Notes under the pieces: generated by a model | The model's input: only the letters and a program-made list of their open reading frames with translations | Told to the model about the DNA's origin: nothing | The model's database searches: none | Program-made: the position numbers and the translations under genes | From: Vicinamibacteria bacterium | Lineage (GTDB): Bacteria; Acidobacteriota; Vicinamibacteria; Marinacidobacterales; Marinacidobacteraceae | DNA: 64,000 nt | Direction: 5' to 3' | NCBI GenBank assembly: GCA_963668695.2 | Contig: CAXXLQ010000004.1 | Coordinates: forward strand, 2,976,001 to 3,040,000 | Part shown: one piece after another, positions 28,942 through 38,029 of the stretch | How the letters are laid out: every line of letters starts with the position of its first letter | Numbering within the stretch: position 1 is the stretch's first letter

Positions 28942-30447
28942 CTAGTGGTGGGTCGGGATCGGTAGTGCGAGGACGGACGCACGGGCGCGGATCATCATGT
29001 GGACCGCGGGGTCCGGCCGGAAGAACGAGCCGGCGTGGCCCTGGTCGTATCCGAGTACCAAGAGGTCGCGCGGTCCGGTCAGGCGGGCAAGCTGGCGCGG
29101 CGGGTTGCCCTCCGCACGGATGATGGGAACCCGGACCCGGTAGAGATCCGCCATCCGCTCGATGGCGGAAAGCACCGAGGCGACGTCGCCGCCATCCTCA
29201 AGCCCCCGGCCTATGAACGAAGGTGGCGTCACCAGCACGGCGGCGAGCGGGATGCTGAATTGCCGGGCCAACCCGATGGCGGTATCCGCGGCGCGCAGAG
29301 TGGCCTCCACGTCGGTCACCGGGATGACGAGCCGTTCCCACGGGAAACTGCCGCCCGGAATCAGCACCGGGCAGGCGAACCGCGCCATGGTCGAAAGGAA
29401 CCGCGCCGCGTTCAGGCCGATGCGGGCCGCAAAGGAGGGCTCTCCGTGGTCAATCACCACGCAGCCCGCGTCCGGACGAGCGGCTGCGAACGGGTCATCG
29501 CCGGGGGGAATGCGGGTGACCTGGTCAGCCGGGACGTCGAAATCCGCCGGGGGTTCGACACCCTCCGGGGCCACGATCCGCAGGCGGCGGGCTCGGGAAG
29601 TACGGAAGAGATACTCGGCTTCCCGCCAAGCCACCTCGGGCAGGGGTCGCTCGGCGAAGACCACGATGTGGCTGCCGAACTGCAGCGGGAAGAGCGACTT
29701 CCCTTCACGGAGGAATTCGGCGGCGCCGGGCGCGACCTCCGGTTCTCCGGTGATGAGGAGCCGGTCTCCGGCCTCGATCACGGCGTCGCCGTCGGGAACG
29801 ACGAAGCGGTCCCCCCGGTAGATCCCGGCCACCAGCCACTTCCGGGCGCCCAGGTCCCGAAGCTTCACGTTCACCGCCGGGGACGTCGGCAGCACCTGGA
29901 TTTCCCGTATCTCCCCACGGCCAAGACCGAGCGAAGTAGCCACCTGGTGGGAGCGCTCGACCCGGTTCCGGATCTGGCTCGCGATCACTCCCGGGCGCGC
30001 GATGCTTTCGGCGCCCGTCGCGCGCAGCAGGCCGGCGCGGTGCGATTCGCGCAGGGTACCGATGGTGGAGGGGCGCGGCTCCAACTCCGCCGCCACCCGG
30101 CAGACCTCGATGTTGACCGTATCCTGATCGGCGGTGGCGATCACCCACTCCGCTCCGTCGCCGGCCGCGGCGCGCAGGGCCAGTGCGCTGGTGCCGTCGC
30201 GAAGCAAGGTCTCGAACGTCTGATCGGGCGCCTCCGAGCGGAGGCGTTCGAGCTTCGTCGGGTCGGTGTCGAGCACCACCACCCGCCGCTCGTCGGCGAG
30301 CTGACGGGCGAGCTCGCGTCCGGTCTGGCCGGCTCCGACGATGACGACTCGGGGGAGGTCGTGCGGCGGCGGGGCTTCGCTCTCCGAAGTGGCGTCCGGG
30401 AGGCGTTCAGGCATGGCGGCGTGGAGCCCGAGCCGGCCCGGACTCAC
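28942..30447 (-). CDS. TrkA-N/TrkA-C (RCK) protein fused to universal stress protein-like domain
   Basis: VVIVGAGQTG, DGTS..L, TADQDTVN, RCK-C (SPAVN, GIYRG..VVPDGD..IEAGDRL), USP-like tail (RLVIPV, EGNP, DLLVLG). Confidence 0.8.
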   Translation of the reverse strand: MSPGRLGLHAAMPERLPDATSESEAPPPHDLPRVVIVGAGQTGRELARQLADERRVVVLDTDPTKLERLRSEAPDQTFETLLRDGTSALALRAAAGDGAEWVIATADQDTVNIEVCRVAAELEPRPSTIGTLRESHRAGLLRATGAESIARPGVIASQIRNRVERSHQVATSLGLGRGEIREIQVLPTSPAVNVKLRDLGARKWLVAGIYRGDRFVVPDGDAVIEAGDRLLITGEPEVAPGAAEFLREGKSLFPLQFGSHIVVFAERPLPEVAWREAEYLFRTSRARRLRIVAPEGVEPPADFDVPADQVTRIPPGDDPFAAARPDAGCVVIDHGEPSFAARIGLNAARFLSTMARFACPVLIPGGSFPWERLVIPVTDVEATLRAADTAIGLARQFSIPLAAVLVTPPSFIGRGLEDGGDVASVLSAIERMADLYRVRVPIIRAEGNPPRQLARLTGPRDLLVLGYDQGHAGSFFRPDPAVHMMIRARASVLALPIPTHH

Positions 30448-30531
30448 GCCCCGTAACCGGTGGGTATGGGCACAAGAGACGGGAGGGAGAAACCCCGTCC
30501 AGCCTCAGGCGAACTCGTGAGAGGAAAACTA

Positions 30532-31278
30532 CTACGGCTTTCGGGTGCCCGTGATTTCAGATACCGCGTCCGTGTCCCAAGGCGGGGTCAACACCCTCGC
30601 GATCGGCGCCTGGGGATCCGTCGGGCCGGTGGCGTCCATATAGGGCTCACCCTCGGCGGTCCCGGCGTCGTAGACCTCGGCTCTGAGGTCGAGCGTGTCC
30701 ACCCAGTTGCCGTCTTCGTCCACGGCGCACGCGCTGGCAAAGCTGATGAACCAGTCCGCGCTTGGCTTGAGCCCTTGGGCGTAGCTGAGACAGGGGGCAT
30801 CCTCGCTCAGGGTGATTTCCTGGACTCCGAGCACCGCGATGATCTCGTCGAAGGTGCTGGCCAGCACCGTGAAGCCCATGGCCTCGGCTTCCGCCACCAG
30901 CGCGGCGGAGTCGCCTGTCTCGGCCAGCATCTTCACTCCCTCCGAAGCCATGCCGCCCTCCTCCCAGAGGAGGGTGTCCCGCGGGTGAGCGATAAAAGCG
31001 ATCCGGTCGTCAGCCATCGCCCCTTCCGGGTAAAGCGCGGCGCCGAGGATAATGAAGAGGGGATTGGTGGAATAGTTCGGTGTGAATGTGATGCCGTAGG
31101 TGACCATCTCCGCCTCCTCCGGCTCCGGCGTCGGGGGCGGAGGGGTGGGGGCCGGAGCGGGCGCCGGGGCGGGAGCGGGGGCGGTGCCGCCCGAGTCGCC
31201 GCCGCAAGAGGCGAGCAGCAAGGCTGCGGCAAACACCGCGAGGGCCGACCGAAGTGTTTGCGAAGCGTCCGTCTTCAT
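30532..31278 (-). CDS. Spondin_N domain lipoprotein
   Basis: Lipobox LASC, PA-rich linker, ASEGVKMLAETG, KPSADWF, YDAGT; AGGAGG RBS. Confidence 0.8.
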   Translation of the reverse strand: MKTDASQTLRSALAVFAAALLLASCGGDSGGTAPAPAPAPAPAPTPPPPTPEPEEAEMVTYGITFTPNYSTNPLFIILGAALYPEGAMADDRIAFIAHPRDTLLWEEGGMASEGVKMLAETGDSAALVAEAEAMGFTVLASTFDEIIAVLGVQEITLSEDAPCLSYAQGLKPSADWFISFASACAVDEDGNWVDTLDLRAEVYDAGTAEGEPYMDATGPTDPQAPIARVLTPPWDTDAVSEITGTRKP

Positions 31279-31416
31279 TGGGGTACCTCCTGATGGCGGC
31301 GCACAGGCCCAGCCCCAAATCCCGGGGAGGGTGGCGACCCGTAAGGAATCGTAATGCATCGACCGGGCGTTCCCCGGCCGCCGGAGTGCGGGCTGCGCCC
31401 AGGCTACGGCCCGGAC

Positions 31417-32163
31417 CTACTCGGCCTTGCGGGTGGCGCTCAACACCTGCACGACCGCGGGCGACACGAAGTAAGGCGCAGCATCGAGGAGCGCGATGGG
31501 TTCGCGAGGATCCGTCTCCCCTGACTTGTACTGAAAGTCCTCGCCTTCGGCGGTACCCGCGTCGTAGGCGATGAGCTCGGCGGAGATCGCCGGGAGCCAG
31601 TTCCCCTCCTCATCGGTCGCGCAGATGTTCGTGAAACCGATGAACCAGTCCGGGCTCGGAGCGATCATCTGGGCGTAGCTGAGGCAGGGGCGGTCGGAGT
31701 CCAACTCGATCGAGGGATCGGGACTCAGAAACACCTGGAGGAGTTCGGCGAAGGTCCGGGCGTGCACCACCATTTCGGCGGCTTCGGCCTCCTGGGCAAG
31801 GTCCTCCGAGGTGCCCGCCTCGGCCAACACCTTCATGCCATCCGAAGCGATGGCATCGAGTGCCCAGGGCGCCGCGTCGCGGGCGTGGGCCACCAGCACG
31901 AGGTCCGGATAGAAGTCGACGCCCTCGGGGAGAGTGCCGGGGATCCGGGGGCTGATTCGGACGTCCGGCAGGACAAACGTGTAGGACCGAGTTTCGGGTT
32001 CGGCGGATTCCGGAGGCGGCGTCGGAGCAGGGGCCGGGGCGGGAGCGGGAGCCGCGGGGCTGGAACTGTCGCCGCCGCAGCCGATCAGGGAGGCGGCGAA
32101 GGCGGCCACCAAGAGGAGAGCAGTGAAGCGAGGGGGGGCGGTTCCAGGGGGAAGAGAGTGCAT
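31417..32163 (-). CDS. Spondin_N domain lipoprotein (paralog)
   Basis: Lipobox LIGC, PA-rich linker, ASDGMKVLAEAG, MIAPSPDWFIGF, YDAGT. Confidence 0.85.
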   Translation of the reverse strand: MHSLPPGTAPPRFTALLLVAAFAASLIGCGGDSSSPAAPAPAPAPAPTPPPESAEPETRSYTFVLPDVRISPRIPGTLPEGVDFYPDLVLVAHARDAAPWALDAIASDGMKVLAEAGTSEDLAQEAEAAEMVVHARTFAELLQVFLSPDPSIELDSDRPCLSYAQMIAPSPDWFIGFTNICATDEEGNWLPAISAELIAYDAGTAEGEDFQYKSGETDPREPIALLDAAPYFVSPAVVQVLSATRKAE

Positions 32164-32239
32164 GAGGGCGGAACGCTCCAAGGGGGATGGGCCGGGAGGC
32201 CAGCGCAAGGGAAGACGCTCGGTGCGTCGATCGGCCGAG

Positions 32240-32269
32240 ATTCTATATATTGAAATCGGTTTTCAATAT
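32240..32269 (-). promoter_or_regulatory. AT-rich palindromic operator (Fur-box-like) next to a -10 box upstream of the spondin genes
   Basis: Perfect ATATTGAAA-N5-TTTCAATAT at 32247-32269; TAGAAT on the minus strand at 32240-32245. Confidence 0.65.
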
Positions 32270-32287
32270 CAGACTAGAACAGCTTCC

Positions 32288-34039
32288 TCATGACAGTGCA
32301 TCCGTCACCGCGACTGCGGTGCCCGTACGGACCGGATCCACTCCGGGCACGAAGGAAATTCCATCGCTCCCCTGCTTCCGGAGGATCCCGCTGGCCCGCC
32401 CGAAGTGTCCGGTGAGGGCGGTCTCCTGTCGTACCAACACCTCGTGACCGCGCTTTTCCAGTCCGGCAGCTACCGCGTGGCAATTGAGAGTGCGGGCGTC
32501 AAGGGTGATGGGCCCGGTATCGGCGTGAAAGCCGGGGCCACCGACGGCCTCTTGGATCGGCGCTTTGCGGTCCACCAGCCGGGCGACCCCGATCGCGACC
32601 GCCGAAATGAGCCGTCGGCCGCCGGGCGAGCCCAGCACCGCCCACGGCGAGCCGTCGCGAAACAGGATTGCCGGCGCCGCCGCGTGGAGCGCCCGGCGTC
32701 CGGGGGCCGGAGAGATCCTCCGGCCCGGGCGGGGATCGAACCACATCATCCCGTTGTTCAGGGGATACCCGAGCCCGGGCACCGCGAAGGCCGAGCCGAA
32801 CCGCCCTCCGAGCGTTGCCGTGAGCGAGACCGCCATCCCGTCGGCATCCATGGCGTTCACGTGGGTCGTGCAGTCCGACGAGGGTCCCCCCGAGGGCGGA
32901 GGAGTCGCAAATGCCCCACCGCCGGGAGGGATGGGTCTCGCGGGCGTTCCGATGCGCGGGCCGTCTGAAGACATGCCGTTCCGCCGCGCCCGGAGGTACT
33001 CCGGGCCGAGGACGCCGGGCAGCGGCACGGGTGCGCTCTCCGGATCTCCGAGATAGGCGAAGCGGTCGGCAAAGGCCAGCCGCAGCGACTCCGCCGCCAG
33101 ATGGAAGAACAGAATCTCTGGTTCGACGGAGCCGGTCGGAGGTTCCACGGGAGGGAAGGCGTCCAGATGGGAGAGGGCGGCGGCGAGGGTGGGGCCCCCG
33201 GAGTTCGCCGGCAGGGTGGCCACCTCGGAGTCCCGATAGCCGAACCGGAGGGGCGAGACTTCGCGGACCGGGATCTGCCCGAAGTCGGATTCCTGGAGAA
33301 TCCCGCCGGCCCCGCCCACCGCTTCGGCGAGCCGCCGCGCCACGGATCCCCGATAGAAGGGCTCGGGGCCTTCGACAGCAAGGAGCCGCAGCGACTCGGC
33401 GAGGTCGGGATTTCGCAGGCGATCATCCTCGCCGAAGGGCACGAACGGACTCCCGTCCTCGCGCGTATAGAGCGCGAACGCCGCCGGGCACCGTTTCAGC
33501 CGGCGGTAACCGGCCGCCGCGTGCACTGCGAACACCCAGTCGGGAACGAATCCTTCTTCGGCGAGGCGGATCGCCGGTTCGGCTACCGCCTCGAAGGAGA
33601 GCCTTCCGAAGCGGCGGTGCAATTCGAAGAGAACCGCGGGAGCCGTCGGGACCAGCACGCTGAGCGGCCCGGTCTCCGCCAGGTCCCCTCGCGTCGGGGG
33701 AAACCCGTAGAGCCCTCCGCCCACACCCGGCAACGGATCGAACATGTCCTCGCGGGTGTGGGCCGGACAACGCGCACTGCCGTCCAGCGCGACCGTCGAA
33801 GTGTTCGCCGGGTCGAAAACGACCGCGTAGGCGGTGCCGCCGAGGCCGTTCATCGCCGGCTCGACGACCCCGGCGGCGAGTCCGGCGGCCACCGCGGCAT
33901 CCGCGGCGTTCCCGCCCGCCGCGAGAATCTCGCCACCGGCACGGGCGGCGCCCGAGGTCATCGCGGTTACGGCGCCGCGGTTGCCGGCCACCCGCGAGCG
34001 CCCGGGCAGGGGGACCTGTTCGATCAGCGAGGTGGTCAT
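32288..34039 (-). CDS. ggt: Gamma-glutamyltransferase family protein
   Basis: GGNAADAAVA, VVEP.MNGLGG, catalytic TTH, FGS, LNNGM.WF, GSPGG. Confidence 0.9.
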   Translation of the reverse strand: MTTSLIEQVPLPGRSRVAGNRGAVTAMTSGAARAGGEILAAGGNAADAAVAAGLAAGVVEPAMNGLGGTAYAVVFDPANTSTVALDGSARCPAHTREDMFDPLPGVGGGLYGFPPTRGDLAETGPLSVLVPTAPAVLFELHRRFGRLSFEAVAEPAIRLAEEGFVPDWVFAVHAAAGYRRLKRCPAAFALYTREDGSPFVPFGEDDRLRNPDLAESLRLLAVEGPEPFYRGSVARRLAEAVGGAGGILQESDFGQIPVREVSPLRFGYRDSEVATLPANSGGPTLAAALSHLDAFPPVEPPTGSVEPEILFFHLAAESLRLAFADRFAYLGDPESAPVPLPGVLGPEYLRARRNGMSSDGPRIGTPARPIPPGGGAFATPPPSGGPSSDCTTHVNAMDADGMAVSLTATLGGRFGSAFAVPGLGYPLNNGMMWFDPRPGRRISPAPGRRALHAAAPAILFRDGSPWAVLGSPGGRRLISAVAIGVARLVDRKAPIQEAVGGPGFHADTGPITLDARTLNCHAVAAGLEKRGHEVLVRQETALTGHFGRASGILRKQGSDGISFVPGVDPVRTGTAVAVTDALS

Positions 34040-34045
34040 CCCGCT

Positions 34046-35074
34046 TCAGTCGGCGAGTAACGACGGGTCCGCGTTCCCGCCACAGAGGGGAGTGAGGATG
34101 TCGCGGCCCCGGAACCGATCGGGATGTTCGAGGAGCGCCGCGATCCCCGCGGCGCCGGCAGGCTCCACCACGAGTCCGAGGGTCCGATGGAGCAGGCGCA
34201 CCGCGTCACGAAGGGCTTCCTCGCTGACCTCGACGACCTCGTCAACCACCTGGCGCATGAGGGGAACCGCCTCCGGAACCGGAACGCGGACGGCGATTCC
34301 GTCCGCGATGGTCGCGGGTGCGACCTCCGCGGGGGACGGGTCCCCCGACAGGAAGGCATGCCGCATGACAGGCGCTTTGCGCGCCACCACGCCGACCACG
34401 ATCATTTCCGGAGCGGCGTGACGGATCCAGAGCCCCATCCCGCCAATGAGCGCCCCGTTTCCGATCGGAATCACGGCGGTGTCGGCCAAGACCCCCGCCT
34501 CCAGACACTCGAGCGCGATGGTGCCGGCTCCCTCGGTGATCTCCGGCTCCCGGCCGTCCTCCACGAACTCGGCGCCCTGGCTCCTGGCGAACTCGAGGGC
34601 TGCCTCCTTCGCGGCGTCGAAGTCCTCGCCGGTGAGACGGACGTCGGCGCCCAGGCTGCGCATTGCTGTGACCTTGTCGGGATTTGCGTGGAGGGAGGAG
34701 AACACCGTGAGCGGAATTCCCGACCGCCGCGCGGCCCACGCAAGCCCTTGTCCGAAGTTGCCCGCCGATCCGGTGACCCAACCAGGGCTGCCGGGGGGCA
34801 GGCCGCGCAGCCGGGCCGCGGCCTCCGGTCCCCGGCGGGCGCCGAACCAGCACGCGCCACGCGCCTTGAAGCTGCGGATCGGGTTGATGCATTCCACCTT
34901 GACGGTGACCCGGCAGCCGGTGGCCGCTCCCAGCGGGTCGGAGGCAAACATCGGGGTGTCCCGGAACTCGGGGGGGATGGCGGTCCGGGCGGCTTCGACC
35001 CCTTGCGGGGACGGTTCTGACGGCACGCCGGGGATGGTAAGCCGCGGGTCCGGGGTCTCGACCGTCGAATACAC
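34046..35074 (-). CDS. PLP-dependent threonine/serine dehydratase family enzyme
   Basis: NPIRSFKARGA, SAGNFGQG, PIGNGALIGG, TIADGIAV, VEPAGA, CGGN. Confidence 0.9.
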   Translation of the reverse strand: MYSTVETPDPRLTIPGVPSEPSPQGVEAARTAIPPEFRDTPMFASDPLGAATGCRVTVKVECINPIRSFKARGACWFGARRGPEAAARLRGLPPGSPGWVTGSAGNFGQGLAWAARRSGIPLTVFSSLHANPDKVTAMRSLGADVRLTGEDFDAAKEAALEFARSQGAEFVEDGREPEITEGAGTIALECLEAGVLADTAVIPIGNGALIGGMGLWIRHAAPEMIVVGVVARKAPVMRHAFLSGDPSPAEVAPATIADGIAVRVPVPEAVPLMRQVVDEVVEVSEEALRDAVRLLHRTLGLVVEPAGAAGIAALLEHPDRFRGRDILTPLCGGNADPSLLAD

Positions 35075-35146
35075 TTCGGCTCCCGTTTCGATCGCAGTTG
35101 CCGCGCCGCCGGAACGCCTCGCGCGAGCAACGGGTGAGGAGTACCG

Positions 35147-36283
35147 ATGAAAGAAAAGGCACAGTGGACCGGCCGCAATATCAGCCGCCGGCAGTTCGTC
35201 CAGGTCGGCGCAGCCGGCGCGGCCGCACTCGGCGCGGCGGCGTCAGGAGCGCCCGCCGTCCAATCGTCAGGCCCGAAGCCAGTGGTGATTTCCTCCGGGA
35301 ACGGGAACCGCTACAAAAACGGCGGGGACGAGGTCGTCGTGGAACGCGCTTTCCGCATGATGACCGAGGGCAAGGACATCCTCGAGAGCCTGATTGCCGG
35401 AGTGAACATCGTCGAACTCGACCCCGAGGACGCGAGCGTCGGCTACGGCGGCCGCCCGAACGCGGACGGGGTGGTTCAACTGGACTCGTGCTGCATGCAC
35501 GGGCCAAACCGGCGTGCCGGCGGGGTTGCGGGGATCGAGGGAGTGCGGACTCCCGCCAACGTCGCCCACCAGGTCCTCCAGGTCACCGACCATCACCTGC
35601 TGGTCGGGAAGGGCGCCCAGGCCTTCGCCCGCAACATGGGCTTCGAGATCGAGGACGATTTGAACACGCCGCGCTCTCGGGAAATGTGGCTCGAGTGGAA
35701 GCGCCGCATCGATCCCGAGCACTATCTCGACCCCAAGACGCGCGCGGACGCCGCGCACGCCGCCGGGCTCGCCATGGTCCGCGACGGGCTGATGGACGAG
35801 GAGGACTACTACGGGACCATCAACTGTGACGGTCTGAACGCGAACGGCGACCTGGCCGGCGTAACGACCACGAGCGGCCTGGCCTGGAAAATCCCCGGGC
35901 GCGTCGGCGATTCACCAATCCTGGGGGCGGGTCTCTACGTGGACAACGCCGTGGGAGCGGCGGGATCGACCGGCCGCGGCGAGGCCAACCTCTACGGCCT
36001 CTGCTCGTTCCTCATCGTCGAAGAGATGCGGCGCGGCGCCCATCCCAAGGATGCCGCGATGACCGCACTTTCCCGCGTCAAGGACAACACGGTCGAAAAG
36101 CGGCTGCTCAACAGCCGGGGACTTCCGAAGTTCGGCCTGTCGTTCTACGTGGTGAACAAGGCCGGCGAATACGCCGGGGTCTCGATGTACTCCAGCGCCC
36201 GCTCGACCTACGCGGTCTGCACCGAGAACGGCCCCGAGTCGCTTCCCATGGAGCCCTTCCTCGAGGGGAACCCTTCGGAGTGA
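35147..36283 (+). CDS. N(4)-(beta-N-acetylglucosaminyl)-L-asparaginase / Ntn asparaginase with Tat signal
   Basis: SRRQF Tat motif, ELDPEDASVGYGG, GTI, TTTSGLAWKIPGRVGDSPILGAG, STGRGE. Confidence 0.9.
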   Translation: MKEKAQWTGRNISRRQFVQVGAAGAAALGAAASGAPAVQSSGPKPVVISSGNGNRYKNGGDEVVVERAFRMMTEGKDILESLIAGVNIVELDPEDASVGYGGRPNADGVVQLDSCCMHGPNRRAGGVAGIEGVRTPANVAHQVLQVTDHHLLVGKGAQAFARNMGFEIEDDLNTPRSREMWLEWKRRIDPEHYLDPKTRADAAHAAGLAMVRDGLMDEEDYYGTINCDGLNANGDLAGVTTTSGLAWKIPGRVGDSPILGAGLYVDNAVGAAGSTGRGEANLYGLCSFLIVEEMRRGAHPKDAAMTALSRVKDNTVEKRLLNSRGLPKFGLSFYVVNKAGEYAGVSMYSSARSTYAVCTENGPESLPMEPFLEGNPSE

Positions 36284-36657
36284 GGACCGCTCGGACGGTG
36301 CTGGCGAAGGGTGGCCGGGGCTGGCGGCGATCTGCCGTCCTGCCGGCGCTTGCCTTGGCATTGGGCCTTCCGGCCGTGGCCCGCGCCCAAGATCCCGCGA
36401 AAGGCGCCGAGGAGCAGCCCCGTCCACCGACCATCTTCGATTTCATCGACTACGAAGTGAGGGATCCCGAGAACCTGCATCCCCCGGCGCGGAAGTTTCA
36501 GGACAACTGGCGCCGCATCTGGGGCGCCCTCGGGATGCGCTACCACCTCTACCCGTCGCAGCAGACCGGGCCCGAGAACTGGCCGCCTCACCTCTACGCC
36601 GGTGGAATGAACTACAGCATCTGGCGAAACCCGGTGACCGGTTGGCCGGACTTCTGA
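36280..36657 (+). CDS. Small hypothetical secreted protein
   Basis: GTGA overlap with the upstream stop; signal peptide ending ARA-Q; aromatic-rich mature part. Confidence 0.6.
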   Translation: MRTARTVLAKGGRGWRRSAVLPALALALGLPAVARAQDPAKGAEEQPRPPTIFDFIDYEVRDPENLHPPARKFQDNWRRIWGALGMRYHLYPSQQTGPENWPPHLYAGGMNYSIWRNPVTGWPDF

Positions 36658-36699
36658 CCGTCCTTTCGAAGGGCTGAGACCTCGAACGGCCGCGGACGC

Positions 36700-38007
36700 G
36701 TGCGTATCCTGAGCTTCACCGCCGGGGCGGGAGAGATGCTCTGCGGGAGTTGTATCCGCGACAACGCGCTTGCCCGGGCGCTCGCGAGCCGGGGACACGA
36801 CGTCCGTCTCGTCCCGCTTTACCAGCGGAGCCGGAGTGACGAGGCGAGCGTCTCCGAAGCGCGGGTCCGGTTCGGAGGGATCTCGGTCTTCCTCCAGCAT
36901 GCCGCCCCGCTCTTCGGGGCCGTACCCGGACTCGACCGGATTCTGGATTCCGCGGCGCTGCTTGGCTTCGCGGAGCGATTTTCCTCGTCTACCGACCCGA
37001 CGAAGCTCGGACCGCTGACCGTAACTGCGCTTGAGGGAGCACGGGGACCGGCCCGGCGCGCGGTGGAAGCCCTTGCGGAGTCAGTGCGCGATGCCGGCCC
37101 CGATGTGGTGGTGCTCCCCAATTCGCTGCTTCTCGGTCTTGCAGCCCCACTTGCCTCGGCAACGGGCGCGCCGGTGGTGGTGACCTTCTCGGGAGAAGAT
37201 CTCTTCCTGTCGCAGTTGCCCCCCGCCGACCGTGAGCGGGCCCTCGGGCTCATGCGGGAGGCGGTGGACACCGCGGATCACTTCGTCGGGGTTACCGAGC
37301 ATCACGGGCGGGGGATGGCGAACACCCTGGGAATCCCCGAGGATCGGGTGTCCTTTGTTCGCCTGGGCGTGGATCCCGAAGGATTTCCGAAGGGTCCCAA
37401 GGCTCCGCCTGCAGTCGCAACGAAGGGGGCGCCGCAGGCGGTGACCATCGGCTTTTTCTCCCGGATCGCTCCGGAGAAAGGGTTGGATCGCCTGGCCCGC
37501 GCAGTGCTCCATTTGGCTGCGCAACCGGAGGCACCGCCTCTCCGGGTGCGGGCGGCCGGCTGGATGAGCCGCGCCGGGCAGGGCTATCTGGATGAGGTTC
37601 GGCGGCTGTTCGGCCCCGGCCGGGAGCGGGTTTCCTTCGAGTACCTCGGCGAATTGGACCGGGACGAGAAGATCGCGTTTCTGCGCGCGGCCGATCTGGT
37701 GGCGATACCTGCGGTCTTCCCCGAGCCGAAGGGACTTCCGGCGATTGAAGCGATGATGGCAGGCACTCCCGTGGTGGTTCCGCAGGAAGGGGCATACCCC
37801 GAACTGCTCGATCGAACCGAGGGAGGCGTTCTCGCCCGCTCCAGCGGGGCCGAGGACTTCGCCGCGGCGCTTTCGCAACTCGTGCTTCATCCGGAGCGGA
37901 GAGCCAGCGTCGGGGCGCGCGGCTTCGAGCGCGTCAGGGAGGAACACTCGGCCGACCGGATGGCCGAAGAGGCCGAGGCGGCGTTCGCGCGGGTGATCGC
38001 CGCCTGA
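36700..38007 (+). CDS. Glycosyltransferase family 4 protein
   Basis: N-terminal MLCGSCIRDN, GVD, FFSRIAPEKG, EPKGLPAIEAMMAGTPVV. Confidence 0.9.
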   Translation: MRILSFTAGAGEMLCGSCIRDNALARALASRGHDVRLVPLYQRSRSDEASVSEARVRFGGISVFLQHAAPLFGAVPGLDRILDSAALLGFAERFSSSTDPTKLGPLTVTALEGARGPARRAVEALAESVRDAGPDVVVLPNSLLLGLAAPLASATGAPVVVTFSGEDLFLSQLPPADRERALGLMREAVDTADHFVGVTEHHGRGMANTLGIPEDRVSFVRLGVDPEGFPKGPKAPPAVATKGAPQAVTIGFFSRIAPEKGLDRLARAVLHLAAQPEAPPLRVRAAGWMSRAGQGYLDEVRRLFGPGRERVSFEYLGELDRDEKIAFLRAADLVAIPAVFPEPKGLPAIEAMMAGTPVVVPQEGAYPELLDRTEGGVLARSSGAEDFAAALSQLVLHPERRASVGARGFERVREEHSADRMAEEAEAAFARVIAA

Positions 38008-38029
38008 AACCAGTTCAAGAAGGGAAACA

